In this document: one piece after another, positions 51,331 to 63,890 of the stretch
How the letters are laid out: every line of letters starts with the position of its first letter
How positions within the stretch are numbered: position 1 is the stretch's first letter
Assembly (NCBI GenBank): GCA_018398765.1
Contig: JAHBMJ010000355.1
Coordinates: 62,001-126,000, forward strand
Direction of reading: 5' to 3'
DNA from: Chromera velia
Lineage: Eukaryota
Length of the DNA: 64,000 bases
Notes under the pieces: model-generated
Told to the model about the DNA's origin: nothing
Database searches by the model: none
The model's input: only the letters and a program-made list of their open reading frames with translations
Position numbers and translations under genes: made by a program

Positions 51331-53376
51331 TCAGAACCCGTGTGCCCCGAAGAGCTGAGTCAAGTAGAAAGACCCGTCAGGTGACTGTGATATTCCAATC
51401 CCACACACAGAGAACTTCCCCCGCAGGTTTCGTTCGTGCCCTGGCGATTTGATCCATCCATCGACCGCCATCTTGGCGACCTGAAACACCCCCTTGTTCA
51501 TCGCAACGTTCTCTGCTGACTGGACCGATCGGAAGGGGTAAGCCTTAAACCGCTCATTTGCACCATCATGCCCGAAAGGCACACGCCCAGCAGCCATGTT
51601 TTGGGAATGGCCCTGTGCGATTCGACACAGGGCGTCTGACCAAATGAGAGCGTTCAACCCTAGTTTCCGTCGGTATTCGTTCGTAAAATCCAAGGCCTGT
51701 TTGCCAATGTAGACGGGGTCAAGTTCCTGATTTCGGATTTCTGCCAGAGACTTGGGGGCATTCCACCTCCGTCTCTCGTCCTCTGCGTACTTTCCGGGGC
51801 CGTCTCCTTCTTTCCCCCTCGACTCCCGTCTCTGCCGGTCCCCCCCTTCCAGTGTTCCCAAGAAACGTTTCGTCTCCTCGGCTGTCATGCCACGCAAGCT
51901 GAACGTCTGCTGCTGCTGTCGAGAGGCGCTGCCGGGGCGAGAACCGGAAGAAGAAGAAGCAGAAGGAAAAGACGGGACTAGTCCCCCACCCCCTCCCCCA
52001 CCGGAGACGGCCGCATGCCGCTGTTGCGCCATCAGCCGGGCCGCCAAAAGTTGCGACTGCGCGTCTTGTCGGGCTGTGTCGCCCTTAGTCCTTCGCTGAA
52101 ACTCAAACGCACCTCCACCCCCTCCACGCCCCTGCCGCCCTCCCCCCTGCTGACGCTGGTTCACCTCCCCACCCGCAGCTGCTGATCCCTGCGCGGGGGG
52201 CAGGGGACTCCTGCTTCTTCCTGCCCCCCTCCCTGCTCCTCCGGCTGCCCTCGTTCTCGATTCGTGAATCTCTGCAAGGAATCTCCGCTGGGAGATGCCA
52301 CTTACGCCTGCTGCTGCTCCTCCAGCTGCTGCTGCTGCTGCTTTTGAAGTTTGTTGCTGGTTCTGTCGCTGTTTTGCTGGGGGCAGCTGGGCAGTGCCAG
52401 GCTTTTTGTTTGCTGCCTGTTCGGCAGGGGGGATGGCTGAGGGGTCTATCTCAACGATGAGGTCCTCAAGGAGACCTAGAGCAACTGCGAGGGTGTCAAT
52501 GAGGGCAGCCTGGGAAGGAGACAACTCGGATAGAATCGGAGGGGGGGCGGGAGCCTCAGGGGATGAAAGGGGGAGGCACATCTGGAGGGGGTCTTCTGGG
52601 GATTCGATAAAGCCACTGGCTTTCATGAAGTCCTTTGCTGCTGGGAAAGCACCGATGGTTTGTGAGATTTTTGGATTGGTGAGTTTGAAGGAATGAAATT
52701 TGGTTTCGAGTGGTTTCTCCGTCACGTTGTTCAAAAGAGTTCTCATAATCTTCATCGTCTGCAGTCGTTTCTCTGAAACATTCAGAGGCGTGATGGTCGG
52801 GTTGGGGGGGTGAGAACCATCGGGAGGGGAAGGAGAAAAGGGGAAGGGACTGGGCTCCATGAGAAAGAGAGGCTCCAAGGCACTCACAATTCTCTCCAAC
52901 GACTCTTCGGACACAGTCGAAGAAGATGGAACATTTTCTCTCCCCTCCTCGTCTTCCCTTCCTTCTTCATCGTCTTCATCTAGAGTGAGGTCGATGAGCG
53001 GAGGCTGATCAGAAACCTCTGCGGGGGGGGGAGAAAGATCACCACCTGCCTCCCCTCGCTGTTCGTTTCCCTCACCCCCACCCTGAGCAGGAAAGGAGCA
53101 CTCCCCCCTGGCTGCTTTTTCCAGAACAAAATTGACAACAAACTGACGGGAGGGCAAAATGTCTCCATTTGCCCGCACAGCTTCATAGATGCATGTGCGA
53201 AGAGAGGCCACTTCTTCTGAAGGGAACACCTCCATCAACTCCCTCAAGAGAGCTTCTGCAGATTCCGCTCCCTGTCCTTCTCCCTCACCGTCTCCAACCA
53301 GCAACTGGCGCCCCAGCTCCCTCTCTCCATCCGCATCCCGGTACCCTCCCGCCTCCCCTCCTGCCATCTGTCCCAT
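51331..53376 (-). CDS. 681-aa single-exon protein: CUE-like helical N-terminus, SUMO-interacting-like motif, PUB domain, low-complexity linker, C-terminal bacterial-type CAP/SCP domain
   Basis: Uninterrupted ORF. PUB: LQTMKIMRTLLNNVTEKPLETKFHSFKLTNPKISQTIGAFPAAKDFMKASGFIE. CAP: ALDFTNEYRRKLGLNALIWSDALCRIAQGHSQNMA..FGHDG..SAENVA..AVDGWIKSPGHERNLRGKFSVCGIGI..YLTQLF. SIM-like PLIDLTLDEDDEE. CUE-like LRELMEVFP..VVNFVLE. No signal peptide. Confidence 0.88.
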   Translation of the reverse strand: MGQMAGGEAGGYRDADGERELGRQLLVGDGEGEGQGAESAEALLRELMEVFPSEEVASLRTCIYEAVRANGDILPSRQFVVNFVLEKAARGECSFPAQGGGEGNEQRGEAGGDLSPPPAEVSDQPPLIDLTLDEDDEEGREDEEGRENVPSSSTVSEESLERIVSALEPLFLMEPSPFPFSPSPPDGSHPPNPTITPLNVSEKRLQTMKIMRTLLNNVTEKPLETKFHSFKLTNPKISQTIGAFPAAKDFMKASGFIESPEDPLQMCLPLSSPEAPAPPPILSELSPSQAALIDTLAVALGLLEDLIVEIDPSAIPPAEQAANKKPGTAQLPPAKQRQNQQQTSKAAAAAAGGAAAGVSGISQRRFLAEIHESRTRAAGGAGRGAGRSRSPLPPAQGSAAAGGEVNQRQQGGGRQGRGGGGGAFEFQRRTKGDTARQDAQSQLLAARLMAQQRHAAVSGGGGGGGLVPSFPSASSSSGSRPGSASRQQQQTFSLRGMTAEETKRFLGTLEGGDRQRRESRGKEGDGPGKYAEDERRRWNAPKSLAEIRNQELDPVYIGKQALDFTNEYRRKLGLNALIWSDALCRIAQGHSQNMAAGRVPFGHDGANERFKAYPFRSVQSAENVAMNKGVFQVAKMAVDGWIKSPGHERNLRGKFSVCGIGISQSPDGSFYLTQLFGAHGF

Positions 53377-54257
53377 CGTCCAGATCAGAGGGAATCAATC
53401 TGGTTCACTCTCTACGGACGCAGTTGGAACTCGAATTGATTTGATTGATTCAGAACCCAAATTCTTGCCGTCTCCGGAGGGCTTTCAAGGGACTCTCTCG
53501 CAAGCTTGATATTGTGCCGAGCTTTGATATTTTGCCTTTACAGGTTCAAGCGAGATCACAGGAGCTCCTTCCTACTGACAGCAACTTGCAACTTCTTCTC
53601 TTAATACGTAGCTCCCCTGAAGTTTCTGCGTTTGCTTTTGACAAGATCTGCGAAGTCATCAAAAAGGATACCTCCGTAAATTTTTGTGGTGACTCTGCCG
53701 GCGTCCTGCCGGTGGCCCCGGAAAGCTCCGCCGCACATGTTGGAAGCCGCTTTGAAGGGCCACGCGCATGCATATGCAGGAATTTATGAGCAACGCTGAA
53801 GTTTACTATAGTTTATACTCAGAGTGTCTGACCGATGTCTGACCGTCATCATGCAGATCGTAATAGATCGTATCAATTGAGCTAGGCTGCACGACTGCAC
53901 ACAAGAAGATCCCTGCATGAGCAGTACATACAGCCCAGTTGAGATTGTGCCAAGAGTTTAAGTTGCTTTTGAACTTTCCCATCAAACCGTTCTGATCGAT
54001 CGCACTCTGGATCGACTCTCATCATGAACTCCGGTCGTCTCTCTTTCCTCCAGCTTCAGTCTGCCTTCCTAGATCAGGCAGGCGCTCTACGATAGAGCTA
54101 GTCCGTCCGTGGAGGCGCCCTCCCGCTCACTTTTTGTTTGCGACGTGAGCAAAACATAAAGCAAAGCACGATAGACTAGGGTGTGAAAAAGTTTTTCGTT
54201 CCAAAACGCAACCGAAGGAACGCATCAAGAACTAAGGCAAGGAGGAGCTAGGCGAAC

Positions 54258-56452
54258 ATGGGGAATGAGGAACCGCTATCGCCTGCGCAGGCAGAGCCCA
54301 CTCAGGCCGACCTCTCTCCTGTCGCACCCACCGCCAATGGGGGACCGCAACCGCCCCAGGCCTCCCAGACGAAGGAGCTGCAAAGAGTCAAGGTGAGTGC
54401 GTCTCGAGTAGCAAGCAAGTAATCCCTCTGGATACAAATCTTCCCCCCGCCTGTCTCCTCTTGCGCCCCCTTTTTCCGAGCCCCTTTGCCTGGCCCCTGC
54501 TCTGTGCATGCATGTGCCCCCTTTGCGCTACGCACGCACGCAGGTGGGCCATCCAAGGGAGGACGTGGGGTACACGAAGTGGGTGTTCGCGTCCTTCGTC
54601 GTGATCTCCACTCTGGTACAGTTTGACTCGGGCATCGTCCCCTCCTCCCTCATTGAGATCCAGGGGGTCCGTCAGCTTGCTTGCTCACTGTCATTCCTCC
54701 TTTCGCTTGTGTCTGCACAGGAAAAGGGAGTATGAGGCATTGCCGTGCTCTTCTTCGGAAGAGAAGAAGGGAAGGAAGGAAGGAAAGATCGCGGCTCTCC
54801 CGACTGCCAGGTTGAGGCTGAGGTTCGACGGAAAGGAGGAAGGAGAGGGGTCCCGGTGGAGGGCGCGCGCGCGCGCGCGCGCGCGCGCGCGCGCGTGTGT
54901 GTGTGTGTCTGTGTCAACAATGTCCGCGTGCCCCCCTCACCAGCTGGATTTGCACAGCAGATGGATGGGTGGATGCATGCATGGCCATGTGTGGCTGCCT
55001 GCTTGTGTCTATGTGTATGCATGTATGCATGTGGGTGTGTTTGTATGGCTTCCTGCAGCAATTTGGAATGAATGCCTCGGAGGCAGGGCTCCTCGGGGCC
55101 CTCCCCTATATCGGGGTCGTGGTTGCGAGCGTGCCGGTCTCCCGTCTCCTCCAAAAGAACGGGTGGCAGCAGACGGTACTCTTCTGGGGCCTGTTGTTGA
55201 ATCAGGGATCCCTCGCGCTCCTAGCACTCGCTTGGGAGAGAGGGCTCCTCTACACGTCCCGTATTTTGATCGGCATGACTCAAGTCAGTGCATGCATGGC
55301 CCTCTCCCTCTCTGTCTCTGTCTCTCTCTCTCTCGTTGAGTGTTCTGCTTTTTGCAATCGTCGTGATCACTATGAGGGATTCCCATCTTCTGAAGGGGGG
55401 GAGGGTTCCTGTGTTGTTCTTCATTGCCTCCGGCTGGCTTGCTGCAAATTAGGTCCGCTGCTCCTCTCTTCCGGTTGTCTCTTGACTGACAAGGATCGAG
55501 GGCTTCCCTCCCTCCCGGCCATCTCCCTCCGCCCTGTCATTTCATTTCCTCCACTCCCCTCTGTTGCTTCTCTGTCTCAATCAAGCATCTCTCTCTTTCT
55601 CTCTCTCTCACACACACACACACTTTCTGTCTGTCTGTTTGTCTCTCCCCTGCCCACTTTGTCAGAGTTTTCGTGATGTTCTTTTATCTCTGTTGCTTTC
55701 TTTCTGTTTGTCTGTTGTGTTGATGAAGAAGAGGAGGGAAAAAGAAACCATATAGTCTGTCTGTCTGTCTGTCTGTCTGTGTGTGTGTGTGTACACGATG
55801 GATGGATGGGGGCATGATGGATGGATGGATGGAATGATGCATGCAGACGGTGGTTGCGGTGTACGGCCCTGTGTGGGTGGACGAATTCGCTCCTCTGGAA
55901 AGCGCCACTTTGTGGATGGCCCTGATCCAAGCTGCCAATGTGCTCGGCGTGACTGTCAGTCATCTTTCTTTGTCAATCAATGAATGAATGGATGGATGAA
56001 TGAATGAATGGATGGATGAATGAATGGATGGATGAATGAATGAGTGAATGGATGGATGAATGAATGAATGAATGGATGGATGAATGAATGAATGGATGGA
56101 GGGGTTTCGTTGAATCAACCAGCCTGCTTTGTGTGAGAATCAGAAAAAGCTCCCGTGCTCTCTTTTGTAGTTTTGCTTCTTCTTCGCAGCGCTCTGGATT
56201 TAATTTCATGAAGTGTTTTTTTCTGCTTCTCTCCTCTTGCCGATGCTGCTTCTCCTTTTTTTTCGGCATAGCTGTTGAGGGAAGGTGTGTGTGGGGGCGG
56301 GGGTGGAAGCAGTCGGAAGCAAGGAAGGGACAGAGGCAGGGGGCAAATTGTGGCAAAGAGAGTGACATGTGGACATGGCGGGCGGTGAGACAAAGCAAAG
56401 CTACAAAAAGCGGATGAGAAACGACAAAATTCAAAGACGAAACGTCGCCCTA

Positions 56453-56490
<38 letters not shown>

Positions 56491-57043
56491 TTCTTGTGTG
56501 CAGTTTGGGTATGCAATTGCTGGAGGATTCATTTCGGCAGGTGGGCCATCATTTTTTCCTTTTGTGTCGATTTGCTTGGATGATGCGCTTTCTTTTTTCT
56601 CTTTCCTGTGCTGTCCTGTCCTTTATCCAACAACCGTCAGATTGTGTGTGTATGAGAAGTTAGTTCGTCGTTTGTTTGTACGTGGAGGGTCTAAAGAAAG
56701 AAAGAAAGAACCCTGCTGCCCTGTGCACAGTCCCTTTCTTCCTTCTTTCCTTCCTTCCTTCCTCTCAGGTCTCCCTTGGCAATTCGCCGTGTGGCTTCAA
56801 CTTATCCTTCAGGGCCCTGTCACACTCTGCACAGGTCTCCTGGTCTCCTGGAGAAAGTCAGTCAGTCAGTCAGTGTATGCATTCATTCTGATGAAAATAA
56901 ATGGATGCACAGGTGTCCTCGTCTCCTGGAGAAAGTCAGTCAGTCAGTCGGCAGTTAGTCGGGGGACGCTCTCTTTGCAGCCGATCTCGGTGGCAGCTGG
57001 GAGGGCAGGTTGGCTCGATCGTTTGTTGGTCTGTAGAAGGAGG

Positions 57044-57085
<42 letters not shown>

Positions 57086-57618
57086 GTGGTTCTGGTTCTG
57101 TGTATTAATGAATGAATGAATTTTTGTTTGTTTGTGTGTTTCTGGCGGGTCGTCAGGGAAGAAGAACGCAGAAAGGGACCTCGGATTGCACGCACATGTT
57201 TTTGTTCTTCCGTTCTAGCTATCTGTCTGACGGCTGGCTCTATTGCTTTGCCGAATCTCGAAGACGCACTCACGCGCGCGGTTAACCATTCATCTGTACA
57301 TTGACTAGTTTGTTCCAGGACAGCAGGTCCCGCGCAGTATGCGACCCATTCAATGAATACACGCAAAGGTGCACGAATGAATTCGATCTATCGAGATATC
57401 GACCTGTCTGCACGAACGATCGATGTCCCTGTGAAGACTGCAAGGCATTTCTTTCTTTCCTTCCAGTTTTGAAGCAGCAGCGCGCAGATGGATGGAACGC
57501 GTGTCTACTTGCTCCTCAGCTTTTTCTTTTCTTGTGCGTCTACGTCCTCTCCCCCTCTCTTTTCCTCTCCCTCTGTCTCCTGCCCACCCCCCTTCTCTCT
57601 GTGTGTGTGAACGAACAC

Positions 57619-57658
<40 letters not shown>

Positions 57659-57703
57659 GTACATCAACCTCCCGGATCCGGAGGAGCTGAAGGTTGGTAG
57701 GGC

Positions 57704-57743
<40 letters not shown>

Positions 57744-59294
57744 TTTTCCTTTCCTCATTTATCGCTCATCAAGCGCAGAAAGATAGATAACGTCTGCTGT
57801 CCTCTATGCGCGCGTCCGTCAATAAAGCTTTCTCTCTCTGCTTTAATTGTACCTCGAACAAACATGTCGATATGTCTTCTTGACGCTTCCTCTTTTGATG
57901 CGATTTCTGATGGGTCGTCACAGTGAGATGGGCGGGCACTCCCTTCCTTCCTTCCTTCCTTCGTTCCGTCCGTTTGGAGGGAGGGAGGGAGGGAGGGAGG
58001 GAGAGAAATGGAAAAGAAAAGAGCGGAAAGCACGAACAGGAGAGGGGGGTGAGGCAATCCTGTGAGAGCGAAGAGAAAAGAAGCAAACGATCGAATGTAG
58101 CACGGAAGAAAAAATCGATGGTTAGTGACTCGTCGAAGAAATACACGCACAGTTTTTCTCTTCCCTCTCTGTCGCTGCTGCTATTTCAAAGAAATGATGT
58201 CATTGACGCGTTTTCTTTCTTTCATTTGCCATGTCGTATGCATGCTGTGCTCGCTCTGCAGAAGGCGATGTTGGCCCTCCAGAGGGAGCAGATGAAAAGG
58301 GGGACGATACAGCGGGCTATCGGGACGGGACGGTGAGTCGTCGATCGACGCACGCAACAGCTAGACACGACAGAAGAGGATGGGAGAGGACTGAGAGACT
58401 GACAAAAAGAAAGAAAGACGTCCTGGAAAAGAGAAAAAACTCGGTCTACTGAGAGGGGAAAAACACATTTCCCTCCTGGTCTTTTCAAATTTCATTGCTT
58501 TCCCGTCTGCCTGGTCCCTGTGTTTTGGCTCGCCCTCCTTCTGTCTGTCAGTCAGTCAGTCTGTCTGTCTGTCTGTTTGCGTTCTTTTGACTTAATCATT
58601 CATGAACTCTCTCTCTCTCTCTCTCTGCGCGCTTCGTCGAGAGGCCCCACTCCCTCCCGCCTGCCTGCCTGCAGGTACGGGGACCAGAGCGCTGCCCTCC
58701 TTGCCGAGGGGGACCCTTCAAGGGAACAGAGCGGGAGCGCCGAGGGAGACGGAGACGGAAGCGAATACCCCCCTTCCCAGCAGATGAAGCAACACCAGTC
58801 GGACCCCCTTCCCGTCACGTCTCGGGACGGCCTCTCGACCGCGCCTCAGAGCGCCCAACTGAACGGAAACGTGAACATGGTGAACGGTCAACCGAGCAAG
58901 GGTGCGAGGAAGAGCATGTTTCCCGCAGTCGGAGCAGCAGAACACGAAGGCCTGACGTCCTCTACAGAGAGGGAGGGGGTGCTTGAGGGAGACGCTGGAG
59001 GGTTGAGCCAGCCAATGCAGGCTCCTCGTCTGACTGCGGCAGTGTTGAGTCTTCTCCAGAAGGATTTGGGGGCATCGGGACAGGAGGAAGAGGAAGAGGA
59101 AGGGAAGGACGAGGGGGGAGAAGAGGAGGGAGAGGGAAACGGAGGGAAAGCAAATGGACAGCAGCGAGCCGCCAGCAGTCCTCATCGACCGCGCTTGGAG
59201 AACGGCTTGGAGACCAATGGAGGTAGGTACCTGCGTGGAGAGATAGGTGTATGTGCCCTTCCTTCCCTCCCCCCTCCCTTCCTTTCTAAAGGCA

Positions 59295-59348
<54 letters not shown>

Positions 59349-60169
59349 GGTTGTTTCCATTCCACGTTTCCTTTCTGTCTCTCTTCTCCATTTATTTCTT
59401 TTCTGGCTGCACGTTGGGAAGTGATGAGATTTTCATATTCCGCCTTCTCATACGGCGTCTTGTCGGAATTCTTCCCTGCCTGCCTGTCCGTCCGTCGGTG
59501 TGTCGGTCTCTTCTTTCGTCCGGCGATGTTTTTGGTTGATTTCGTGAACTTTTGACAATCCCCGTCTTTCTGTGCAAAAGTAAATACATATTAGGATCAA
59601 AGAAAACGGAAAAGAAACGAAAAAAGAACCACAGGCACATCAAATTCCTCCTCGTGTTCTCCCCTGAACGTGTAAAGAAAAAGGAGTCAAAGGAAATTAA
59701 GGAATAAGGAGCAAGGATAAAAAAATCGACGCAGATGAATGTGTGAGCGACACTCTTCTAGCTCAGCGTCGTTTGCTGATTTCGTCCACAAACAAAAAGC
59801 AGTCGTCATTCATTTATCGCATGTATTCATCGTATGCATCCATGCATGCAGACGGAGGCAACGGCGCAGGTCTAGAGGAGGACGGGTTTGGGTTGGAAGG
59901 CCCGGACCTGCGCGCTGCCTCTCAGATCAGCGTGCGGCCTTCTGACGGTGGGACTTACGAGACAGAGAGGCTGATGGACATCGCAGACGAGAGCGACACA
60001 CCAGAGGAAGAACACGAGAACGTCTGGAAGAGACTGCTCAAACCTACCTGTGCGTCCTCATCCTCAAGATTTGTTTCTTTCTTTCTTGATTGATCGATTG
60101 AGTGATTGATGGACATTTTTCATTCATGTACCTTCTATTCTGGATTGATTGTAGTCTTGGATCACCCAT

Positions 60170-60218
<49 letters not shown>

Positions 60219-63200
60219 AGTGTGTGTGTGTCTGGATACACACCGAAAGGGAAGAAGACCTGACCTCTAGGTCGAACGAACAGGTACCTTCCTTCCTTCC
60301 ATCAGCCGACTTTCGAGTACGCCGAGCGAAGACTTAATTGTGCGATTTTCAGCGGTAGATTGAGAGAGAACGAAATTGGCAGAAGACAGGCCGACTGCGA
60401 GAGAGGGACGCGTGCAGGAAGAAAATGCAGTCAAGCAGTCTCGGTGGCAATCGAACAGAAGCGGCGCAATTGGCAGAGGATCCCATCTAGCTGTGCATCC
60501 GCTTCTGCTGTGCCGCCTGAATGTTCTCTTCTCTGTCTCTTTCTCTCTCTCTCTGTGACTGTGTGTGTGTGTGTGTGTGTGTGTGTCCGTCTGTCTGTCC
60601 CATTGCTTGCTTACTTCATTTTGTTCTTGCGTATGTGTGTGTCTGTGTCTGGGCCCCCGGGGGGCCCTGCTGCAGCCAACATGGTTCTTGCGGGTCCGAA
60701 CGCGGGCGTGACGGCGTCTCTGAATCCGCTGATCGAGGACGAGAGGGAAGGTCTGAGAGTCCATCAACAGGGGGGGGCGTGGAATCGGATGAGGTCGTCT
60801 AGCATGGACAAGGAGGACCCTGGGGGGGAGTTTGGAAGGGGGATCACGGGGGTGGCTCTCGGGGTGTTCGGAGGTCAGCGGTCGGGGATCCACTCCCCTT
60901 CTGGCAGCCCTGCGAGGGCAGGCGGCGGTCTGAGGGCCTCAACAGAGGCGGGGGGTATGGCAGCCATCCAGGAAGAGGGCGACAGCCCTAACGGAGAGGG
61001 GGCGTGGCAACGAGAATCACATCTTCATAGGGACATTTCAGCAACACCGGTCCCTCGGGCAGGTCGGTGTTTGTGAGAGTGATGAGGTTGTTTCTTGTAC
61101 ATTGTGATTCTTTTCTTTTGCTTATCCGTGTCTTTCTGTGTCTGTCTACGCATATGCATGTGCTCGTGATTGGAACACTCATTGATGTTTTGCCGTTGTT
61201 TTCAGGTTCGCTTCTCCTTTTCTTCATTGCTTCCTTTCTTCCTCTCTCTCTTGTTCTCTCTCGCTCACTCTCTCTCTCGCTCGCTCGCTCGTTCTGTGTG
61301 TGCGTGTACGTCTGTGTAGAGTCCGCTCGATGCCTCTCTCGTCCCACCCCTCTGCCTCCCTCGCTCTTTTCTACTGATTGCAGAGTTACCCCTCAACTTT
61401 CCTCGAGGACAGTCCCCCCCGCCCTCAGGAAAGATTTCCGTTCTCACTCCCATCAGAAGAGGACCTCAGCCGACCTCAGCTTCCAGTCCCTTCGGCAGGG
61501 CGAACTCTCGAAAGGAGAAAGAGAAACAAGACAGAGAGGTGTCCTCTCACGGAGTCAGCCCCAGTTCCCAGAGGAACACAACAACGGGAGTCCCCCCAAG
61601 ACCCCCACGAGCAGTGACCTCCTCCGAGACGCCTCAGGTGATTGGGAAACCCTCAGCGTTGGGAGAGGGGGGACAGCAGGGGTGCCACTTGAGTGCAAAT
61701 TTGGACCAGCTTCCTTTGCCCCAAGTCATCTCAGGGGAGTCCAACGGTCGGCAGAGAAAAGAGAAAGGAGAGGGAAGGGACAGAGAGAAGGAAGCTCTGT
61801 CTGACGATCTGGAGGCTGGGGGTGGGGGTGAGGGGACAACGTGGCGGGATCCGGAGGCGCCTGTGGGGGGAAGGAGAGATGACGGGATGTCCAACCACAG
61901 AGAATACTCCCTGGGGGGGGGGCCTGGGGCAGATGGGTCCTTTCATCTGTACGGAAAGCATCAGGTGGGTGGGTGGGTGGTCGAACTGTTGTGTTTCGTT
62001 GACCAACAAACATTCTGTTTTTCTTTCTTTCTTTCGAGTTGCTGCTGTGTCTGACCAGTGAGTGCCAGGGTCTCCCTGAGACGAACGAATTGACGGACTG
62101 CCTCTTTGTCTGTTTGTCTGAGTGCGTGCCTGCCTGCCTGCCCATTGGCTTGCTTGCAGAGAACGAGCGACCCAAACTTTCCCTACAAAGGACGAAGACA
62201 GTCCTCCGTCCTGTCTGCACTAGGAATGGAGATGCCGACACCCGGACAGGGGGGGCAAGGGGGGCCCGATGAAGTGCAGCCGACCTCCGCTTGGGCCGTT
62301 TTTTATGATAATCTCAAGAGCGTCGTTACGTCAGTCAGCCTCCTTCTCTCTCTTTTTCTTTCTTTCTCATACACACACGCACTGGATCTTTTCCCTCAAG
62401 CAGCGAAAGCGACGGGCGGACTGCGAGACAAAAAGACGAACAAATAAAGAGACAGAAAGAAAGGCAGCAGACAGACGGTAGGCAAGAGACAGAAAGGCGC
62501 ATGCGGGGAGGGACAGATTGCATGGGTTCTCCCTCGTTCCTTCCAACCGCCTCGCCTGCTTTTCTTCTTTCTTTCTTTCTTGCGCCACCTCCAACTTTCA
62601 TTTCCGACAAACAGGAAGATCCGGACAAATTCGCGAAGAGAATATTTCGGGTGTTCTCGCGTTATCTTCTTTCTCTATTTGTTTCTTTTTTTTGCTTTCT
62701 TTCTTTATTCACGTTTTCCTTTTCTTTCTTTCTTTCTTTCTTTCTTTGTTTGTGTTTTGTGCGTATGTGCAGCAACTGGATTTTCCTGTCGCTTGTGTTT
62801 GGCCTTTGTGCCCTCTTCTTCGTGCTGACGGGAATCCAGTTTTGGTCCACAAAGTATTTCGTTGAAGAATTTAATGTCAGTCAGTCGTCAGGCTAAGGCT
62901 CTCCTCGAAGCAATAAAGCTCACTTCTCTGAGAATATTATGGTATTCTTGGAGAGAGGGGGATTGAAAATGTAGAGAGAGGGAAGAGAAATGACAACCTT
63001 TCTGACTGTCAAGTCTTTGTTCCCTTCCCAAAATTATGGAAGGAACTGTTTTCGCTCCTTCATTGACCCCCGGGGGGTTTTCGGCTTCTCTGCTCTTTCC
63101 CCCTCTCCGCCTCTTTCCCTGCTTTCTCCCTGCATCTGAATAGAAAGAACCAAGCGGATTTCCCACACAAAACAAACAAACAAACAAACGAAAAGAAAAC

Positions 63201-63855
63201 CAATCAATCGACAGGTGGGAGGAGCCCTGACTGTCTGTTTTTGAATCATGCAAGAAACGCTCTGTCCGGCCCGCTAGCCAACATTCTAGACAGACTGAGG
63301 ATCCCCTTCGTGCTTCACGGCACCGTTATCCACCGGGCTGCTTATCTTCTTCTTCTCCTCCAATTTCATCACTCCCCTCACCCCTTCCCTCTTCCTCAAT
63401 CTGTCTGCACGAGGAAAACGAGCACCGTCAGGGGGGCCCACTGCATGACAGCACATTTAGTTAGGTGATGACATGTTATTATGCATTGATGAGCTAATTG
63501 CAGCAAGCGCAAGCGACGATCACGATTGCGTTCTCCATCACGGCCGTGTCTGCCCCCGTCATCGGCGTTATCGGGGGGGGCATCTTGGTGGACTGCGCGG
63601 GGGGGTATAAGGGAGCGGCGTCGACCATCAGGGCCCAGTACATCACTTGCGCGTTCGGGGCCTGCGCCACTGCGGCGGGGGCAGTGGCCTCGATCTCGCA
63701 ATCGTTTCCTCTCTCCATCGCCATGGTCTGTCCGTCAGTGACTTGGTTCAATTCTTTCACTGTCCCCCCCCTTCCTGTTTCTGGTCTCTTCTTCTTTCTT
63801 TCCTGTCACAGTCAGCGCCTCGATCCCTCAGTCAGATGATCTTTCTATCTATCTA

Positions 63856-63890
<35 letters not shown>

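Noticed and set aside
61067..61804. 245-aa ORF as an MFS loop exon frame
   Set aside because: Splice phase from the upstream exon (phase 1) selects the alternative frame, which stays open to the donor at 61964; this ORF ends in a stop.
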